Below are positions 58,454-64,000 of a stretch of 64,000 bases of DNA, piece after piece. Made by a program: the position numbers and the translations under genes. The stretch lies in IMG/VR virus record IMGVR_UViG_3300046804_004458, positions 1 through 64,000 of that record, one strand, 5' to 3'. This DNA is from a virus. Under the pieces are notes generated by a model. The model ran no database searches, was not told the origin of the DNA, and was given only the letters and a program-made list of their open reading frames with translations. Within the stretch, counting starts at the first letter, position 1. Every line of letters starts with the position of its first letter.

Positions 58454-61400
58454 TTATTTATATTTGGACAACCAACCACCGTACTTTTTACTCTCTTTTT
58501 GAGATTTTGCAATTGCTGTAACAGTTGCACCTATTCCTATTTTGTTTAAAGATTTTAATAAATCTGACATGTTGTAATCATCAACTTTGGTACCACGAAG
58601 ATAATCATGTCCTCCATTTTGATATTGTTGTATTGATCCTCCGTATTTGTTCTCATTTAATGATGCTGCTCCTGCTGCTATTCCAACAGGTGTATACATC
58701 TTATTCATTACCTCTACCAACTTCTTCTTATCTACATTCTTTATTAGTTGTAGCATTGTGGGGTCTTCTCCGTTCATAAACTTGTTAGTGCCTAACATAC
58801 TTTGCAATTTATCTATATCAGTTTCTGATACTTTTGCATATGGATTCTTAGGGTTTAAAACAGACCTCATCTCATCTATTCGTGCCATCACCTCTGTAGG
58901 AGTTTTTATGTAGTTAGAGGCATTATTATTATCCTTGAACACAGAGCTTAGTAACTGCCTTTCTTTCTCCGTAAATGACCCTGCAGCATAGGTTTTACCA
59001 TGCCCCATTGCTTCATGGACTGTTACATTGTATAAGTCCCCGTAATTAGGCGCACCTACTGATATACTTTCCCCTGTTCCAGTTTCCATATTAGGTCCAT
59101 AATACATTCCCCGTTTACTATCTGCATTATAGTCTATACTGGCATCTTTTCTAAGATGTTGTACAGATGTTCTTTCAGGTACAGGGTTTATTCTATTAAC
59201 GAATGGTTTAAATTTATTAGATTGCCAATGAGGTACATCTGAGACATTATATTGATATATATCTTGAAAAGTATTCATTAATTGATTATCATCCATTGCC
59301 AATATTTCTTTCTGTGACCAGTCAGCAGGAACAATTCCTTTTTCTACATCACTTCTTATTTTCTTAGCAATATCTAATTTATCTGCTTCTATAGAAGGAG
59401 TCATACTTTTCATAGCAGCATACCTTTTCTTATATTCAGGAGAAGATAAAGCCCTATCTGCAAATTGAAATGCATCATCTACAGTTCTATCTGTTAGAAA
59501 TTTATGCCTGCTATCCTTATTCATGAATAACATCTTCACTTTCTCTTTATTGGTAACAGGCGGTTTATATCCAAAATTGATAGCTGCCCCCATTTCTGGA
59601 GTAGATTGGTACCCAGTTCTAGGATTAACACCAAAGCTCTGTAGTATCTGTTGCTCCTTATTCAGTTGTGGCACCTCTGTTATAGTAGGCATTGGTGTGT
59701 TACCTGGAGTATTGCCTATTATCCCCATTGGGAATCCTCCTCCTGAGCCACCGGGCACATCTACTTGCTGATAACCCTTTAGCCAATGAGGTTGACCTTT
59801 ATATACATTAACAGCTTCTATAGGTATTTCATTTATTACTTGTCCTTGTTCATTTATAGGTCTATGGGCAAAATGCCTACCTCTTTTTACTACTTTACCT
59901 GTTACAGGGTTTATCTCTCCCGGCCCCACCATAGGATGTTGACTCTCATATATATACCCATTACCTTCTTTAGGTAGATAGTCTTTATGAACTTTCCCTT
60001 TAGCAAATGAGGGAAACGCTGTTGGTCTCCTTACTTCCTTACCATTCAGAAATATTCCTACAGATGCTCCTTCTGGATTAGACCTTATCACTCTATTTTG
60101 TATAGCATCCAGATAGGCATTCTCATCTACAGCCCTATAATATGCATTTGGATTATTCAGCTTATTAGCCCATGGGTTTATCTTGTATGCATTTTTAGCA
60201 AGAGGTTTCAATGCCTTACCTGCCATACCTGCACCACTCATCAGCATCTCTGCATTCATGAACTTCTCTGCCAGTTCACTACCAGGTGCCATCTTCTGTG
60301 CGAATTCCCTGTTAGCCCTTTCCTCTGCCTCTTGTTGATACATTTTACTCCTCAGGTACTCATGGTCTCTCTGTTGTTGTGGTGTACTATACCCCTGTGC
60401 TGGCCCTATATACTGTTGTGGGTGTTCCATAGCCCATTGTTCACCTATAGAGTATTGTGGTATAGGTTGAGGCATTTGAGTAGTAGTTCTGGTAGCTGGT
60501 TTATTAGCTCCTTTTGTGTATCCTATTCCTCCACCTTCCTTATACTGAGGTATATTCATACTAGTCTTAGTACGAAATCCTGCTGGTGTATATTGTCCAC
60601 CTTGTACATCAGGACTATACCAGTCTGTACTCTCTGTTATGTATGGGTTGGGTATATCTCTTGGTGTATATTGTGTTCCTGTTGGTAGTTCTTGTAAGGT
60701 ATATGGAAGTTGTTGTATTTGCTCCCCATAGATATACGGTTGTACTGGTTTTTTATAAACAGGACTCCAAGCCACACCATCATAATAGGACTCCATAGGC
60801 TTTATAGTTCTGTGCCATAAATCTGGGCTCGAGTGTTTCCCTATCCTATAGTCACTATTTATTGGTAGACTTTTATAATAATTTATTATCTTGTTATCAT
60901 TGATAACAGGATCTATAGGGTCATATGTTTTATCTAATTCTATATGTGAAAAGGCATTATTGTCATTCTTCTTATCTCTGTTCCCTATATTCTTTTTCCA
61001 AGTTTCATACAAACCACGACTTTTCAAGTACTCTATATCATCTGGATTTTTTATGGTATTACGCCTTTGATAATCATAGGCATTGTAGAGATTCAGACTA
61101 TCCTGATATGCTCTGACTTTACTTTTATCAGATGTATAGATAGGTTTCCTACCTGCTTTACCACCATCTTGATACTGCCCTAACCACCCACCATATTCTT
61201 TTTTCTCAGCAGCTCTGATCTTTTTTTCTTGTTGCAGCATCTCCTTGGTAGGCTCTTTACCTGAACCAGCATTAGCCCTGATGTTATCCCACAATCCTCT
61301 TTGGGAGTAAGAACCATCTGCTCTTTTTATCATGCCACCATGTTCCATTTCTACCGGCCCACCATATTCCCAGGTGCCAAATTTCTTATGCCAGTACAAG

Positions 61401-61972
61401 GGGCTAAATGGGTCAGTTGCTTTTGCTGAATCCCTACCACCCATTCTGCTCCAGAAGTTCTTTCTTCTTTGTTCAGAGTGGTGTTGTTTAAAATCCTGCA
61501 TACCTCTGTAACCACCTTGTACTACTTTGTAACTGTCACCTTTTTTGGCAAGTACTTTCCATTTGTGCTGGCCATCACCTTGTTTCTTTTGCCCTACATG
61601 GGTAAAGCCCATGTTCTTGTATCTTTGAGGTATACCACCATTTTTCATTTCTTCTACATAACCACCCTCCTCAAATAAAGGCATAGAAAAGTTAGAATGT
61701 TCAGCAGGTGAGTACTTAGCAATACCGGTATAATCTACAGTCACCTGCTTAGGTAAATTTTGCAATGGAAACTCCATAACAACAGATCCTGGGAAGGTAT
61801 ACTCTCCACCAGGTAGCATAAGCTTTTTGTTGCCATAGTTATCAATGCCAAGCAAAGGATGATCAACCTCATTCATGGTTATATTACCAGATGGAATGAT
61901 GTTAAAAGAATTAAACCTATCAGGTGAATCAGCTTTGTACCCCTGAGTACTGTATTTTTTAAGCCAGCTCAT
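58454..61972 (-). CDS. Modular virion protein with about 10 GG linkers, including a metallopeptidase-like module
   Basis: IIPSGNITM N-domain, RRKNFWSR module, GLWDNIRAN module, HEAMGH...PTEVMAR. Confidence 0.7.
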   Translation of the reverse strand: MSWLKKYSTQGYKADSPDRFNSFNIIPSGNITMNEVDHPLLGIDNYGNKKLMLPGGEYTFPGSVVMEFPLQNLPKQVTVDYTGIAKYSPAEHSNFSMPLFEEGGYVEEMKNGGIPQRYKNMGFTHVGQKKQGDGQHKWKVLAKKGDSYKVVQGGYRGMQDFKQHHSEQRRKNFWSRMGGRDSAKATDPFSPLYWHKKFGTWEYGGPVEMEHGGMIKRADGSYSQRGLWDNIRANAGSGKEPTKEMLQQEKKIRAAEKKEYGGWLGQYQDGGKAGRKPIYTSDKSKVRAYQDSLNLYNAYDYQRRNTIKNPDDIEYLKSRGLYETWKKNIGNRDKKNDNNAFSHIELDKTYDPIDPVINDNKIINYYKSLPINSDYRIGKHSSPDLWHRTIKPMESYYDGVAWSPVYKKPVQPYIYGEQIQQLPYTLQELPTGTQYTPRDIPNPYITESTDWYSPDVQGGQYTPAGFRTKTSMNIPQYKEGGGIGYTKGANKPATRTTTQMPQPIPQYSIGEQWAMEHPQQYIGPAQGYSTPQQQRDHEYLRSKMYQQEAEERANREFAQKMAPGSELAEKFMNAEMLMSGAGMAGKALKPLAKNAYKINPWANKLNNPNAYYRAVDENAYLDAIQNRVIRSNPEGASVGIFLNGKEVRRPTAFPSFAKGKVHKDYLPKEGNGYIYESQHPMVGPGEINPVTGKVVKRGRHFAHRPINEQGQVINEIPIEAVNVYKGQPHWLKGYQQVDVPGGSGGGFPMGIIGNTPGNTPMPTITEVPQLNKEQQILQSFGVNPRTGYQSTPEMGAAINFGYKPPVTNKEKVKMLFMNKDSRHKFLTDRTVDDAFQFADRALSSPEYKKRYAAMKSMTPSIEADKLDIAKKIRSDVEKGIVPADWSQKEILAMDDNQLMNTFQDIYQYNVSDVPHWQSNKFKPFVNRINPVPERTSVQHLRKDASIDYNADSKRGMYYGPNMETGTGESISVGAPNYGDLYNVTVHEAMGHGKTYAAGSFTEKERQLLSSVFKDNNNASNYIKTPTEVMARIDEMRSVLNPKNPYAKVSETDIDKLQSMLGTNKFMNGEDPTMLQLIKNVDKKKLVEVMNKMYTPVGIAAGAASLNENKYGGSIQQYQNGGHDYLRGTKVDDYNMSDLLKSLNKIGIGATVTAIAKSQKESKKYGGWLSKYK

Positions 61973-61978
61973 TACTCA

Positions 61979-62416
61979 CTATTTAAACGTATTAAAGTAT
62001 TTTGCTTTTGCAAATGAGCCTTGTAGTTCAGAAGCCAAATTAGTCAGCTGCTCAAGATGCCTCTGTTGTCCATAATCACAAAGAGCTACTGTAAACTGAA
62101 AACCTTCTTCAAGAAATTTAGCAACTGCTTCTTCACTAAATGGTTCCACTGTCTCACTGGTAAGTCCACTAAATCTTTTAGGAGCTTGTATACCCAGCAG
62201 GTACTCAGAGATAGCATCTTTACTATCTACAAGATCCTTGTACAAAGTATCCAGCATATTGTGCTGTGCAAAACTGGTAGTTTGCAAATGATAAAAATGA
62301 GCTTTGCTGTGCATGTTGAACAGCTTGCTTATTATACTGTCAGGAGTCATTCCTGATGTCATGCCCATGCTCATTGGTATTGTGGACATTGGAGAAATTG
62401 GTTTTTTTAAGTTCAT
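61979..62416 (-). CDS. Ferritin/Dps-like four-helix protein (DUF5856-like)
   Basis: HFYHLQTTSFAQH..LDTLY....D..SE...KY. Confidence 0.7.
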   Translation of the reverse strand: MNLKKPISPMSTIPMSMGMTSGMTPDSIISKLFNMHSKAHFYHLQTTSFAQHNMLDTLYKDLVDSKDAISEYLLGIQAPKRFSGLTSETVEPFSEEAVAKFLEEGFQFTVALCDYGQQRHLEQLTNLASELQGSFAKAKYFNTFK

Positions 62417-62541
62417 TTTGTATTTGTTTTATTTTTAGTTTTCTATTAGTTCTTCATCAGTTAATAATAAATTTGCCGTTATCAACACTACCTCCTCCAC
62501 AGTGATCATATCCGGCCTATATATATGCACACATATTTCTA

Positions 62542-63999
62542 TCATCTTGCTGAGTATTGATTTTTTGTGGAAGCATACCTGATTGTCAGGCTATTCTTAC
62601 CAAGTTTTGTCTTTCTCATAAAGATACGTGTTCCTGTATATCTTACTCTCTTTTGTTGGTTCCATGGTTTTAATAAATTAAAATAGGGGGTGTTTGTACT
62701 AAAAGTATAACCATTTGAATTAGTAGTCAACATCGGTGTATTGGCCAGTGAAAACTGCCCCCTATCTGCTGTATAGTCATAAAAGTCATTTACCCGGTAT
62801 TTATTCTCTACCTTCTGGTAAAGAATCTGTCTTGTTGGGCCTAACCAGTTAGGGTAGTTTAAAGCAGCATATGGATTATCCCATGGTTTAAGAAGCATAT
62901 TTTGCAAAGTGCTGTTTTGCTCTTTGTTATACACCATAAAATAATCAAAGGACTGATCATAGTTTAAAAACTTATCCACTCCATTAGGAGCATATTGATA
63001 ACTTTCTAACAACCATTCTATATTTTGTAGAATAGTTTCAGTTACTTGGGTATTAGTAAAATATTCTATCTCTACAGGGTAGTCTATTCCATAAAAATTA
63101 GCAAATGATTGTAAGCTTGTATTATGTCTCCACAACCTTCCAGACAAACCATTTGATGTAAAAAAGCCTAACTTTGATGGTACTACATGAGAAGGATGCC
63201 AATCATGCCAACTAATAAATCTTCTACTATTACAGTCATAAGAAAGAGTCCAACTTGCATTTTCAAAATAAGCCGGATCACCAATATTTAATTTTATAGA
63301 TACACCTGTTACTGTATCTCTATAAACAAATGTATTATTTACAAGAGTTACAAGAGATGGATTAATTACCTTATAATCTTTTTTACATATGTAAAGAATC
63401 TCATGAACAGGGTCATATACTAATTGGCAACCTACTCCTGCTACTGGATTATCTTTTAAAGAAAAAGATGGATATTGCTGAACCAGTTGTGATGGCAGGT
63501 AATTGATCAAGTGGTAGTTTATACCGCACTCTACACCAAGATCAGCTATTTGACCTCCTTTAAGATTAAATATTTTTCCAGTGTCTTGTGATACCCAAAA
63601 GGCACCATGTTTTGTATTTATTACCCCCTGCCTGCTTTGACAAGATGCATACTCATAAGCATCATCAATGTTATTGAGTGACTGCAAAGTTTGACTAAAC
63701 AACAATCCAGTTCCTACTGTATATTCTGTAGCACTTTTTGATGGTATAGTTTCTACCCCGGCAAACATTACTGGGGAGCTATTTTCCATAAGAAATAAAG
63801 CTCCTGTTTTATGCAGGTCCTTAATTACATAAACCCTGTCATTAAAATCCTTGTAGTTATTAGGTAAAAATATTCTCCAGTTATCCTGCATCTGCTCTTC
63901 TTCCTGTGGTAAAGAATATGCTACTCTACGTGGATAGTAAGAAAAACAGGTATATGCAAGAATAGGGTCATAGTCTCTTCTAAGACAACTGCCCCATGA
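62542..63999 (-). CDS. Tail stabilisation/muzzle-like protein, C-terminal part (5' end outside window)
   Basis: Frame is open to the window edge (YPRRVAYSLPQEEEQMQDNW). Motifs YDP, SWTLSY..FISWHDW, LWRHN, FYG, YNKEQNS match the crAss-like tail protein. Confidence 0.75.
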   Translation of the reverse strand, partial: SWGSCLRRDYDPILAYTCFSYYPRRVAYSLPQEEEQMQDNWRIFLPNNYKDFNDRVYVIKDLHKTGALFLMENSSPVMFAGVETIPSKSATEYTVGTGLLFSQTLQSLNNIDDAYEYASCQSRQGVINTKHGAFWVSQDTGKIFNLKGGQIADLGVECGINYHLINYLPSQLVQQYPSFSLKDNPVAGVGCQLVYDPVHEILYICKKDYKVINPSLVTLVNNTFVYRDTVTGVSIKLNIGDPAYFENASWTLSYDCNSRRFISWHDWHPSHVVPSKLGFFTSNGLSGRLWRHNTSLQSFANFYGIDYPVEIEYFTNTQVTETILQNIEWLLESYQYAPNGVDKFLNYDQSFDYFMVYNKEQNSTLQNMLLKPWDNPYAALNYPNWLGPTRQILYQKVENKYRVNDFYDYTADRGQFSLANTPMLTTNSNGYTFSTNTPYFNLLKPWNQQKRVRYTGTRIFMRKTKLGKNSLTIRYASTKNQYSAR

Positions 64000-64000
64000 A

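Noticed and set aside
27699-61678. Many + strand ORFs inside the late genes and - strand ORFs inside the early genes
   Set aside because: Antisense shadows rich in Phe/Leu/Ser, with no motifs or translation signals.
62417-62541. 25-codon minus-strand ORF (MITVEEVV...)
   Set aside because: Too short and unsupported.
23931-64000. Stop-codon reassignment (TAG or TGA), known in some crAss-like phages
   Set aside because: Very long ORFs are intact in the standard code, and TAG and TGA terminate coupled genes normally.
1-64000. tRNA, rRNA, CRISPR array, integrase, inteins
   Set aside because: No cloverleaf or T-loop motifs, repeat-spacer arrays or intein C...HN signatures were noticed by eye. 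A tRNAscan/Infernal run would be needed to exclude them fully.

Overview
A 64-kb AT-rich segment of a crAss-like (Crassvirales-type) tailed phage that probably infects Bacteroidota, based on TTG-N19/20-TAnnTTTG-type promoters and A-rich translation starts without a Shine-Dalgarno. Bases 1-23.9 kb (+ strand) hold replication, recombination and accessory genes: PolA, DnaB-like helicase, Sak4-like ATPase, primase, two divergent UDG paralogues, a 2OG-Fe(II) oxygenase cassette, GIY-YIG and HNH homing endonucleases, a PD-(D/E)xK exonuclease and RecA. Bases 23.9-64 kb (- strand) hold the late block: a tail stabilisation protein, a ferritin-like protein, three modular cargo-like proteins, a 5392-aa virion RNA polymerase, a 1960-aa polyvalent protein and a GH108 lysis cassette. 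The strongest novelty candidate is three adjacent virion genes built as strings of unrelated mini-domains punctuated by about 40 [M/Y/F]-x-x-GG motifs, suggesting Gly-Gly-processed polyproteins. Other candidates are a circularly permuted histidine phosphatase, an unannotated (Ser-X)n micro-protein behind an Sm-like gene, strong CpG depletion that exposes recently inserted cassettes, a homing endonuclease that duplicates its target gene's 5' end, and a two-helix crossed structure upstream of the GIY-YIG gene. All family names come from motif recognition by eye; no searches were run.
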